26,892 nucleotides of DNA from Gemmatimonadaceae bacterium (GTDB lineage: Bacteria; Gemmatimonadota; Gemmatimonadetes; Gemmatimonadales; Gemmatimonadaceae). The stretch lies in assembly GCA_044224875.1 (NCBI GenBank), contig JBGAJQ010000070.1:1-26892 (forward strand), written 5' to 3'. The notes under the pieces were generated by a model, which worked only from the letters and a program-made list of their open reading frames with translations, was not told the origin of the DNA and made no database searches. Numbering within the stretch: position 1 is the first letter of the stretch; each line of letters begins with the position of its first letter. The position numbers and the translations under genes are program-made. Of this stretch, positions 17,740-26,892 are shown one piece after another.

Positions 17740-18653
17740 CGTACTCCATTCGAAGGGCCTGCCTGACCATCCTGTGCATGGTCGCCTTACCGACCACGGG
17801 TCGCGCGCAACAGGCCAAGTATCTTCCACTCGCGACACAGCTACCCGTCGCGACCCGCGCGCTCGGAATGGGCGGTCCGTGGGCTCCAACGCGCGACGCA
17901 TCCACCGTCTTTGTGAACCCGGCAAATGCCGGCGCATCGAATTCCACCGTGCTCGGCGCCTCGCGCTTCGGAAGCGCTGGCACTCTCTCATATGCGTCCG
18001 CGGCCACGTCGTTCGGTAGCCGCGGCCTGGCGATAGGAATCACCTGGCTGGACTACGGAACTTCTCAAGTCGCCCGGGGGTCGTGGGAGGCGTTAGGAAC
18101 ACGTGGCGCAAATGACGGACTGAGCGCATCCGCAGTGGTCGCTGGATCCCTCACGTTCAAGGGCGTTCGATGGGGCGTTGCGGCCAAACTCCTTCAAGAG
18201 CGAATCGCCAACTCGCACGACGCCACGCCTGGCTTTGATGTTGGTGCCACCAAGGACATCGGTCCGATCGCTGCCGGGGTTGCCGTTCAGAATGTTGGTG
18301 CCAAGCTGGAGCTAGGTGGCGAGTCAACGCTGCTTCCCACGCGCTATGTACTTGGTGCTGCCAGTCAAAGCACGAATGTGGGCCCGTTCGATGTTAGTGG
18401 GGCCGCCTCCGTGTCTGTGCGTCGCGACGGCTTCACGTCGGCGGCGGGTGGTATCGACGTCTCGTACACGATGCTCGAGGGGTACACCGTGGCGATTCGC
18501 GCTGGTGCCCAACGGCCGGAGGCCTTGTCGGTGAATGCCATGACCCTTGGCGCCACGCTGGCCATGGATCGCTTTTCTCTCGACTATGCCTATCAGGACC
18601 TGAAGGCGCCGCTACGTGGCAGCGTACACTCCATCGGGATACGCGTGCGCTGA
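17736..18653 (+). CDS. PorV/PorQ-like outer-membrane beta-barrel protein
   Basis: Signal peptide (GRA-Q); ATRALGMGG...DASTVFVNPA hatch-like motif of the FadL/PorV family; FDVGA, GVAVQNVG, FSLDYAY, terminal HSIGIRVR; ATGA overlap with the upstream gene. Confidence 0.7.
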   Translation: MTYSIRRACLTILCMVALPTTGRAQQAKYLPLATQLPVATRALGMGGPWAPTRDASTVFVNPANAGASNSTVLGASRFGSAGTLSYASAATSFGSRGLAIGITWLDYGTSQVARGSWEALGTRGANDGLSASAVVAGSLTFKGVRWGVAAKLLQERIANSHDATPGFDVGATKDIGPIAAGVAVQNVGAKLELGGESTLLPTRYVLGAASQSTNVGPFDVSGAASVSVRRDGFTSAAGGIDVSYTMLEGYTVAIRAGAQRPEALSVNAMTLGATLAMDRFSLDYAYQDLKAPLRGSVHSIGIRVR

Positions 18654-18735
18654 TCGCGCCCGGCGCGAGCGGAGGGTATCGTACCTGCGCGCGGATCGGC
18701 GCGATCCGCACCTACCCTTGCCGAGGCCCCATCGC

Positions 18736-19248
18736 ATGCGCCGCATCGCACTCGCTTCGTCTGTTGCCGTCACGATGGCTCTGTTGAGCCCGTCCGTCTC
18801 GTCCGCGCAGGCCGGACCGCCCCAGAAGGTTGAGTTCATGGGGGCGGCACAGTCTCCCATTTCGTCGGGGGTCGCTATCCCGGCGGGCGCCGCGTGGTTC
18901 TGGACGTCGGGGACGGTTCCCACTCCTTCCGATCCGAACGCAGCGGCCGGGAGCCGAGAGCGGTACGGGGACACAAAGACGCAAGCGATCTCCGCGCTCA
19001 AGGCGGTTGAAGCCCGGTTGAAGGAACGGGGACTCGGGCTCAAAGACGTTGTGTTCATCCGCGCATTTCTTGTAACGGACAAGGAAAAGGGGAGCGTGGA
19101 CTTTGCGGGATGGAACGAGGCGTACGGCATGTTCTTCAACAATACGACGAATCCGACCAAGGTCGCCCGCTCGACGCTAGCGGTGGCTGGCCTTGTGAGT
19201 CCCGAGTGGCTGATCGAGATCGAGGCGGTTGCCGTGTATCCGAAGTGA
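18736..19248 (+). CDS. RidA/YjgF/UK114-family protein with N-terminal signal peptide
   Basis: Start trimmed to ATG 18736. MRRIALASSVAVTMALLSPSVSSA-Q signal; WTSGTVP, GLGLKDVV, DFAGWNEAY, ARSTLAVAGL, LIEIEAVA. Confidence 0.88.
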   Translation: MRRIALASSVAVTMALLSPSVSSAQAGPPQKVEFMGAAQSPISSGVAIPAGAAWFWTSGTVPTPSDPNAAAGSRERYGDTKTQAISALKAVEARLKERGLGLKDVVFIRAFLVTDKEKGSVDFAGWNEAYGMFFNNTTNPTKVARSTLAVAGLVSPEWLIEIEAVAVYPK

Positions 19249-19272
19249 GGCTTCCGACGACGCAATGCGGCG

Positions 19273-19301
19273 TTGTTTGCCTATTGGCTGGGGGCTAGCT
19301 T
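19273..19301 (+). promoter_or_regulatory. Putative sigma70-type promoter of the thiolase operon
   Basis: TTGTTT (19273-19278), 17-nt spacer, TAGCTT (19296-19301). Confidence 0.45.
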
Positions 19302-19317
19302 TCGGCGCAACTCTAGG

Positions 19318-19337
19318 CGTCGAAATCGATTTCGACG
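19318..19337. repeat. Perfect 20-bp palindrome
   Basis: CGTCGAAATCGATTTCGACG equals its own reverse complement. Confidence 0.9.
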
Positions 19338-19340
19338 TGA

Positions 19341-19373
19341 TCGCAGTTCGCGCGTTGGGTGCGCGAACTGCGA
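19341..19373. repeat. Perfect 13-bp inverted repeat
   Basis: TCGCAGTTCGCGC-GTTGGGT-GCGCGAACTGCGA. Confidence 0.9.
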
Positions 19374-19462
19374 GGCTAGCCCTGACTAAACCAAAGCCGT
19401 CGCGCCCCTCGTCGACCGGTTGAGCGACGAGTGAGGCGGCGCCTCAAAACGATAGTCCTGAC

Positions 19463-20671
19463 ATGTCCGATTCTTCGCGTGTTCCCGTCATTGTCGGCGC
19501 GGCCCGTACGCCGATCGGGAAGTATCTCGGTGCCCTGTCGTCACTCTCAGCGCCCGACCTTGGCGCGATCGCTATTCGCGAGGCATTGAAGCGGAGCGGC
19601 GTTCCGGTCGGTGACGTGCAGGAGGTGATCATGGGGAACGTGCTGCAGGGCGGTGTCGGCCAGGCGCCGGCGCGTCAGGCGCTTCTCAAGTCCGGCGTTC
19701 CTTCCAGCGCGTCAGCCATGACGATCAACAAGGTCTGTGGCTCCGGGCTCAAGGCGGTGATGCTGGCATCCCAGGCGATTCGCGCCGGTGACGCGCAGGT
19801 TGTTGTGGCTGGCGGACAGGAATCCATGTCCAATGCGCCGCACTATCTGTACGGGTATCGCGGCGGGATCAAGCTGGGGGACCAGACGATTGTCGACGGC
19901 ATGATTCGCGATGGTCTCTGGTGCGCGTCGTGCGATGTGCACATGGGTGGCCACGCGGAGTACACCGCCGCCAAGGCCGCCATCACCCGGGCGCGCCAGG
20001 ACGAATTTGCCGCCGACTCGCATCGCAAGGCTGTGGCGGCGATGGACGCCGGCAAGTTCAGGTCGGAAATCGTTCCAGTGGAGATCCCCGGCAAGAAAGG
20101 GCCGACGGTCGTGGATACCGATGAAGGCCCACGAAAGGACACCACGGTCGAGTCACTGGCGAAGCTGCGCCCGGCCTTCCCACCGAAGGGTGGCGGTGCC
20201 GACTTGTCGGTGACCGCGGGAAACGCCTCCAGCTTGAACGATGGTGGTGCCGCGCTGGTGGTGGTGTCCGAAGCGTACGCGAAGGCACACGGGCTCAAGG
20301 TACTAGCGCGCGTGGATGCCTACGCGACCGGTGCGGTCGACCCACAAGACCTCTTTTTTGCGCCCATTCGTGCGGTGCGGAACCTGATGGCGAAGGAAGG
20401 AACGAGCATTGGCGCGTATGACCTGATCGAAGCCAACGAGGCGTTCGCCTCGCAGGCCCTGGCGGATGGCGACGCCTTGGGTTGGGATTGGGGCCGCGTG
20501 AACGTGCACGGTGGCGCGATCGCGTTAGGTCATCCAATCGGTGCCTCGGGGGCGCGAGTGCTGGTCACCCTCCTCCATGCCATGGCGGACCGGGGGGTGG
20601 CGCGCGGCCTGGCCACGCTATGCCTGGGTGGCGGAGACGCCGTGGCCCTCTCGGTAACCCGCGTCGCGTAG
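19463..20671 (+). CDS. Acetyl-CoA C-acetyltransferase (thiolase)
   Basis: ARTPIG, TINKVCGSGL (catalytic Cys), TAGNASSLNDG, EANEAFA, GGAIALGHPIGASG, LCLGGG. Confidence 0.96.
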   Translation: MSDSSRVPVIVGAARTPIGKYLGALSSLSAPDLGAIAIREALKRSGVPVGDVQEVIMGNVLQGGVGQAPARQALLKSGVPSSASAMTINKVCGSGLKAVMLASQAIRAGDAQVVVAGGQESMSNAPHYLYGYRGGIKLGDQTIVDGMIRDGLWCASCDVHMGGHAEYTAAKAAITRARQDEFAADSHRKAVAAMDAGKFRSEIVPVEIPGKKGPTVVDTDEGPRKDTTVESLAKLRPAFPPKGGGADLSVTAGNASSLNDGGAALVVVSEAYAKAHGLKVLARVDAYATGAVDPQDLFFAPIRAVRNLMAKEGTSIGAYDLIEANEAFASQALADGDALGWDWGRVNVHGGAIALGHPIGASGARVLVTLLHAMADRGVARGLATLCLGGGDAVALSVTRVA

Positions 20672-20680
20672 CACGAACCC

Positions 20681-21583
20681 GTGACGGGCATCGCCACACC
20701 CTCGCCCGTGACTGTCTCGAATGAGCTTCCGGCCAATCCGACGACGGCGCCCCTTCCGTCAGTCGCAACGCGCGTCGTGGTGTTTGTGGGGCTGGTCATC
20801 CTGGCGGTCATTGTCCTTGGCGCGGTGATTGCCCTCGTCGTGCGCGGATCGCCCGAGGTCGCGCGACAGCCAGTGGTCCAGATCGCCCCGCTCGCGCTCG
20901 CCTTCCTGATCGCCCATGCGATCATGGAACGCCGCTTTCACCGGGACGGCGGCGTGTACGCCGGGCTCGATCGTGGCGCCATGGCGACACGTGTGTTGCT
21001 GCCGGCCGCCGGGATCGGCGTCGTTGCCATCGGCGTCCCGTCGTTGTTGCTGCTGGCGGCTGGTGAACTGCGGGTACAACCCGCGCCGGCGGATGCCAGC
21101 ACCCCACAGGCCGTGGGGATGCTGCTGCTGTTGCTGATCCCCGCCGCGCTTTGGGAGGAGTTGGCGTTCCGCGGCTACCTGTTTTCCGCGCTCCGCGAGC
21201 GTGCGGGCGCCGCGTGGGCCCTGATCACCACCAGCCTGCTATTTGGGGCGGTGCACCTCACGAACACGGGTGCCACCGTGCTCTCCACGGCCGCGGTGGC
21301 CCTCGCCGGGATCTTCCTTGGGTTGGTGCGGCTTTCCAGCGGAAGCTTGTATGCGGCATGGGCGGCACATCTGGCGTGGAACCTGACGATGGCCATCGGA
21401 TTGCGCACGCCGGTCAGTGGGACGAACGTCGCCCTGAGCGGCTATCAGACGGTGGACAATGGGCCAGACTGGCTGACGGGTGGGGCGTGGGGGCCGGAAG
21501 GCGGCGCGGCAGCCATGGTGGGCATCGGATTAGCATCCTGGTACTTGTGGCGGCGCCTGCGCCGCGAGGAGCGAACGACATGA
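20681..21583 (+). CDS. CPBP (CAAX/Abi) family intramembrane glutamic endopeptidase
   Basis: Multiple TM helices; [35 protein letters not shown]. Exact start uncertain. Confidence 0.9.
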   Translation: MTGIATPSPVTVSNELPANPTTAPLPSVATRVVVFVGLVILAVIVLGAVIALVVRGSPEVARQPVVQIAPLALAFLIAHAIMERRFHRDGGVYAGLDRGAMATRVLLPAAGIGVVAIGVPSLLLLAAGELRVQPAPADASTPQAVGMLLLLLIPAALWEELAFRGYLFSALRERAGAAWALITTSLLFGAVHLTNTGATVLSTAAVALAGIFLGLVRLSSGSLYAAWAAHLAWNLTMAIGLRTPVSGTNVALSGYQTVDNGPDWLTGGAWGPEGGAAAMVGIGLASWYLWRRLRREERTT

Positions 21584-22425
21584 CGGACCGAGTTGCCGTG
21601 GTAGGCGCAGGACAGATGGGGAACGGTATTGCCCACGTCTTTGCGCAGAACGGTTTCCCCGTGACGATGATCGATGTTTCAGCCGAGGCGCTGGAGCGTG
21701 GCCGCTCCACAATCGACAGGAATCTCGAGCGACAGGTGAAGAAGGGAACGATCGACGCCAGCGTGAAAGACGCGACGTTGGCTCGCATTACCGTAAACGC
21801 CTCCCTCGAGGCCGCCGCCGACGCCACGCTGGTGGTGGAAGCCGCCACCGAACGTCCCGACCTCAAGTTCCGGATCTTCACGGATCTCGATCGGATTGCG
21901 CCACCGCAGGCGATTCTCGCCTCCAACACCAGTTCGATCTCCATCACCACGCTGGCAGCTCAGACGAAGCGTCCCGCGCAGGTCGTCGGGATGCACTTCA
22001 TGAATCCGGTGCCGGTGATGCAGCTGGTGGAGATCATCCGAGGATTGGCCACCACCGACGACACCACGAAACGCGTCGTCGAGTTGGCTCGCACGTTAGG
22101 CAAGACGCCGGTGGAGGTGAACGACTATCCGGGCTTCGTCGCCAATCGCATTCTCCTGCCGATGATCAACGAGGCGGTCTACTGCCTCATGGAAGGCGTG
22201 GGGACGGCCGAGGCGATCGACACCGTCATGAAGCTGGGCATGAACCATCCGATGGGGCCCTTGGCGCTGGCCGACCTCATCGGGCTGGACACCTGCCTGG
22301 CGATTCTCGAGGTCCTGCATGCTGGACTTGGCGACTCCAAGTACCGTCCATGCCCGCTGTTGCGAAAATACGTCGCCGCGGGGTGGCTCGGTCGCAAGAG
22401 TGGCCGAGGGTTCTACACATACTAA
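21580..22425 (+). CDS. hbd: 3-hydroxybutyryl-CoA dehydrogenase
   Basis: Start trimmed to ATG 21580 (ATGA overlap). [59 protein letters not shown]. Confidence 0.95.
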   Translation: MTDRVAVVGAGQMGNGIAHVFAQNGFPVTMIDVSAEALERGRSTIDRNLERQVKKGTIDASVKDATLARITVNASLEAAADATLVVEAATERPDLKFRIFTDLDRIAPPQAILASNTSSISITTLAAQTKRPAQVVGMHFMNPVPVMQLVEIIRGLATTDDTTKRVVELARTLGKTPVEVNDYPGFVANRILLPMINEAVYCLMEGVGTAEAIDTVMKLGMNHPMGPLALADLIGLDTCLAILEVLHAGLGDSKYRPCPLLRKYVAAGWLGRKSGRGFYTY

Positions 22426-22467
22426 GACGCCAGCGAACGCGATCTCTGTCGCGTTTGTCAGGCGTCT
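22425..22467 (+). other. Intergenic stem-loop between hbd and the acyl-CoA dehydrogenase
   Basis: AGACGCC/GGCGTCT outer stem and GCGAACGCGA/TCGCGTTTGT inner stem (two G-U pairs); no U-tract. Confidence 0.6.
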
Positions 22468-22482
22468 CGATCCCCCTTTGCG

Positions 22483-23646
<1,164 letters not shown>

Positions 23647-23685
23647 TCACCATTTCCCCCCAACTTCACTTTCGCTTCCCGATTC

Positions 23686-24759
23686 ATGAAGATTTTCGAT
23701 ACGGTTGCCGAGATGGGCCACGAGCAACTTGTCATGTGCCATGACAAGTCGAGCGGATACCGCGGCATCATTGCCATACACGACACGACCTTGGGTCCCG
23801 CGTTAGGCGGCACGCGCTTTTGGGGGTACAAGTCGGACGAAGAGGCGGTCGTCGACTGCCTGCGCCTGGCGCGCGGGATGACGTACAAGAATGCCGTGGC
23901 CGGCCTGAATCTTGGCGGTGGCAAGGCCGTCATCATCGGTGACAATCGCACCACCAAGCGAGAAATGCTGTTCCGCGCCCACGGGCGCTTCGTGGAATCC
24001 CTGGGTGGGCGGTACGTGACCGCTGAGGATGTGGGCACCAGCACGGCGGACATGGACTTCGTGCACATGGAGACCGACTACGTCGCCGGTCTGGCCACAC
24101 GCTCCGGCGATCCCTCGCCCGTCACAGCGCATGGCGTGTTTCGTGCCATTCAGGCCTGCGCCAAGCACCGCTGGGGGAGCGAAAGCGTCGCCGGCAAGAA
24201 AGTGGCGGTGCAGGGGCTCGGTAACGTCGGGCACTACCTGTGCAAGGAACTGCACGCCGCCGAAGCGCAGTTGATCGTCACCGACATCGACGCCAACCGT
24301 GTCAAACGTGTTACCGAGGAATGCGGCGCTCGCGCTGTGGACACCGACGCGATCTATGGCGTTCAGGCGGATATCTTTGCCCCATGCGCGTTAGGCGGCA
24401 TCATCAACGACACGACCATCCCGCAGCTCCGCGTGGAGATCGTGTCTGGCGGCGCCAACAACCAGCTGCTCGAGGAGCGGCACGGCGTGGAACTGGAGCG
24501 TCGCGGTATCCTGTACGCGCCGGACTTCGTGGCCAACGCCGGCGGGGTCATCAACGTCTACAGCGAGCTTGCCGGCTGGACCGCCCAGCGCGCGCTGCGG
24601 AAGGCGGACGAGATCTTCGACACCACATTAGGGGTATTCGAAATCGCGAAAGAACAGGGCATTCCCACCTATGAGGCCGCCGACCGGCTGGCGGAGCGCC
24701 GGCTGCAGGCTGTTGGCGGTCTCGTACGCACCTGGCCACAGTGGCCGAGGAAGAGCTGA
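23686..24759 (+). CDS. Leucine dehydrogenase (Glu/Leu/Phe/Val dehydrogenase family)
   Basis: IAIHDTTLGPALGGTR, MTYKNA, LGGGKAVI, YVTAEDVG, SGDPSPVTA, QGLGNVG, PCALGG, GGANNQL, NAGGVIN. Confidence 0.93.
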   Translation: MKIFDTVAEMGHEQLVMCHDKSSGYRGIIAIHDTTLGPALGGTRFWGYKSDEEAVVDCLRLARGMTYKNAVAGLNLGGGKAVIIGDNRTTKREMLFRAHGRFVESLGGRYVTAEDVGTSTADMDFVHMETDYVAGLATRSGDPSPVTAHGVFRAIQACAKHRWGSESVAGKKVAVQGLGNVGHYLCKELHAAEAQLIVTDIDANRVKRVTEECGARAVDTDAIYGVQADIFAPCALGGIINDTTIPQLRVEIVSGGANNQLLEERHGVELERRGILYAPDFVANAGGVINVYSELAGWTAQRALRKADEIFDTTLGVFEIAKEQGIPTYEAADRLAERRLQAVGGLVRTWPQWPRKS

Positions 24760-25208
24760 TGGCTGAAGTCATTCCCATCGCCGCGGATCATGCCGGCTTC
24801 GAACTCAAGCAACGCGTGGAAGATCACCTGAAGTCGCTCGGCTACGAAATCGAGGACCTCGGGACCAACTCGACCGCTTCCAGCGACTACCCGGACTTCG
24901 GGCACCCGCTGGCGCACAAGATTTCCGACGGAACGGCCAAACGCGGCATCTTGCTGTGCGGCACGGGGCTTGGCATGTCGTATGTGGCCAATCGATACCC
25001 ACACGTCCGAGCCGCGGTGGTGTGGAATCCCGAGATCGCCGAACTCGCTCGCAAGCATAACGACGCGAACGTGTTGGTGCTGCCGGCCAGGTTCATCACT
25101 GCCGAGGATGCGGAGAAGGTGGTTGACGTGTGGCTCTCGACGCCTTTCGAAGGCGGGCGCCACGAACGACGAGTTGAGAAAATTGAACGGGAGGAGACAT
25201 CCGAATGA
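24759..25208 (+). CDS. rpiB: Ribose-5-phosphate isomerase B
   Basis: Start at ATG 24759 (TGATG overlap). [43 protein letters not shown]. Confidence 0.95.
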   Translation: MAEVIPIAADHAGFELKQRVEDHLKSLGYEIEDLGTNSTASSDYPDFGHPLAHKISDGTAKRGILLCGTGLGMSYVANRYPHVRAAVVWNPEIAELARKHNDANVLVLPARFITAEDAEKVVDVWLSTPFEGGRHERRVEKIEREETSE

Positions 25209-26491
25209 CTGCTTGGCGCGAGTGGGACCGTTGCCCACCAGGTGCATCGTTGCGCGAGACCGATCCCGAGATCGCCGGCCTCATCGAACGCGAGATCGAA
25301 CGCCAGTCCGATGGGTTGGAGCTGATTGCCTCTGAGAACTTCGTTTCCCCAGCGGTGCTGGAGGCGATGGGGTCGCCCTTGACCAACAAGTACGCCGAGG
25401 GGCTTCCCCACAAGCGCTACTACGGGGGCTGCGAGGTGGTGGACGCGGTGGAGGACATCGCGATCGCGCGCGCCAAGCAGCTGTTCGGCGCCGATCACGC
25501 GAATGTACAGGCCCACTCCGGCGCATCGGCAAACTTTGCGGCGTGCCTCGCCTTCATGAAACCGGGTGACACGTTGTTAGGCCAGGACCTCTCGCAAGGA
25601 GGGCACCTGACCCACGGCTCGCCAGTGAATTTCTCCGGCCTCTTGTATCGTGCCGTGCACTATGGCGTGAAGGACGACGGATACATCGACTACGACCAGC
25701 TGCGCGCCGTCGCGCGCGCGGAGAAGCCGCGACTGATTATCGCGGGCGCGAGCGCGTATCCGCGGATCATCGACTTCGAGGCGTTCGCCAACATCGCCCG
25801 GGAAGTCGGCGCCATTCTCATGGTCGACATGGCGCACATCGCCGGGCTCGTGGCCACCGGCGTGCACCCATCGCCCGTGCCTTACGCGGACGTGGTCACC
25901 AGTACGACACACAAGACGCTCCGCGGGCCGCGAGCAGGCCTCATCCTCTGCAAGGCGGAACATGCGAAGGCCATCGACAAGGCGGTGTTTCCCGGTTCGC
26001 AGGGTGGCCCGTTGGAACACGTGATTGCTGCCAAGGCCGTCGCGTTCCTCGAGGCGTTGAAGCCCAGCTTCAAGACGTATTGCCAGCAAGTGGTCACCAA
26101 CGCCTCCGTGTTGGCGCGGGCACTCACGCAGCACGGCTTCCAGCTGGTTTCCGGTGGGACGGACAATCACCTGATGCTCGTCGACCTCCGGAACAAGGGG
26201 ATCACGGGCAAGGCCGCCGAGCAGGCGTTGGACCGTGCGGGAATCACCGTGAACAAGAATACGGTGCCAAAGGAGACGCAGTCGCCCTTTGTCACGTCCG
26301 GCATCCGTATTGGGACGGCGGCGGTCACCACTCGCGGGCTTGGCGTGGGCGAGATGGAGCAGGTGGCGTCGCTCATCGCGCGTGTCATCGCCAGTCCGGA
26401 AGACGCGGCGACGGCGGACGGCGTGCGTGCCGAGGTCCACTCGCTCACCCAGCGCTTTCCGCTGTATCCCGTGACGGGCGCGGTCGCGTAG
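25205..26491 (+). CDS. glyA: Serine hydroxymethyltransferase
   Basis: [61 protein letters not shown] overlap with rpiB. Confidence 0.98.
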   Translation: MTAWREWDRCPPGASLRETDPEIAGLIEREIERQSDGLELIASENFVSPAVLEAMGSPLTNKYAEGLPHKRYYGGCEVVDAVEDIAIARAKQLFGADHANVQAHSGASANFAACLAFMKPGDTLLGQDLSQGGHLTHGSPVNFSGLLYRAVHYGVKDDGYIDYDQLRAVARAEKPRLIIAGASAYPRIIDFEAFANIAREVGAILMVDMAHIAGLVATGVHPSPVPYADVVTSTTHKTLRGPRAGLILCKAEHAKAIDKAVFPGSQGGPLEHVIAAKAVAFLEALKPSFKTYCQQVVTNASVLARALTQHGFQLVSGGTDNHLMLVDLRNKGITGKAAEQALDRAGITVNKNTVPKETQSPFVTSGIRIGTAAVTTRGLGVGEMEQVASLIARVIASPEDAATADGVRAEVHSLTQRFPLYPVTGAVA

Positions 26492-26609
26492 TCGGGTGTT
26501 GCGTCGGAGCCATAGGCTTGTGAAGTCGTCGCGCCGATAGTTGCATACTAGTCCGATTACTTGAGTTCCAACGAATGTGCCGCGCGGTCTTGCCGCGCAG
26601 GAGCTACCA

Positions 26610-26892
26610 GTGCCCGTCCGACTAGGCGACGTCGCGCCGAACTTCACGGCAGACACGACACAGGGACCCGTCACCTTTCACGACTACAAGAAGGGGAGGT
26701 GGGCGATCCTCTTCTCGCATCCCAAGGACTTCACGCCAGTGTGCACGACGGAACTGGGTCGAGCCGCCGCGCTCAAGTCGGAGTTCGACAAGCGAAACTG
26801 CGTGATGATTGGCCTGAGCGTTGATCCGGTCGAGTCGCATCGGCGCTGGGAAGGGGACATCGCCGATGTGACAGGTCACCACGTGAACTTTC
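26610..26892 (+). CDS. 1-Cys peroxiredoxin (Prx6 type), 3' end runs off the window
   Basis: Not in the ORF track. AGGAG at 26599-26603, GTG 26610: MPVRLGDVAPNFTADTTQG...WAILFSHPKDFTPVCTTELG...IGLSVD..ESH..W. Confidence 0.93.
   Translation, partial: MPVRLGDVAPNFTADTTQGPVTFHDYKKGRWAILFSHPKDFTPVCTTELGRAAALKSEFDKRNCVMIGLSVDPVESHRRWEGDIADVTGHHVNF

Noticed and set aside
20681..21583. CPBP 'Abi' protein as an abortive-infection defence gene
   Set aside because: The Abi label of this family is historical; the context is metabolic with no defence neighbours.
26610..26892. Selenoprotein (UGA-recoded) peroxiredoxin given the nearby selA
   Set aside because: The active-site residue in PVCTTE is TGC (Cys); no gene in the window looks truncated at an in-frame UGA.

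Overview
GC-rich bacterial chromosomal segment of mostly core genes. The DUF2723, PorV-like and Big_5-lipoprotein content suggests the FCB group, plausibly Gemmatimonadota (inference only). Left end: a partial lipoprotein gene missed by the ORF track (<1-626, -), a DUF4256-type gene and a P-loop-kinase/dCMP-deaminase fusion. A minus-strand run follows: valS, Ig-like (Big_5) lipoprotein, selA, gmhB-like, purN, purH, DUF2723/TMEM260-like GT-C membrane protein. Diverging from valS on the plus strand: a 49-aa membrane protein, thrS, an alpha/beta-hydrolase lipoprotein coupled to a PorV-like beta-barrel, an exported RidA-family protein, thiolase, CPBP protease, 3-hydroxybutyryl-CoA dehydrogenase, acyl-CoA dehydrogenase, leucine dehydrogenase, rpiB, glyA and a partial 1-Cys peroxiredoxin. 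I saw no tRNA, rRNA, CRISPR or mobile element. Best leads: (1) a candidate D-(S/T)-sequon protein O-glycosylation system, pairing a TMEM260-like transferase with lipoproteins strongly enriched in D-S/T motifs; (2) the kinase-deaminase fusion (Dcd1/AvcD architecture) with an upstream strand-specific hairpin; (3) a highly structured leader and a perfect 20-bp palindrome upstream of the acyl-CoA catabolic operon; (4) recurrent leaderless-type starts. All family calls come from motif recognition by eye, not database searches.
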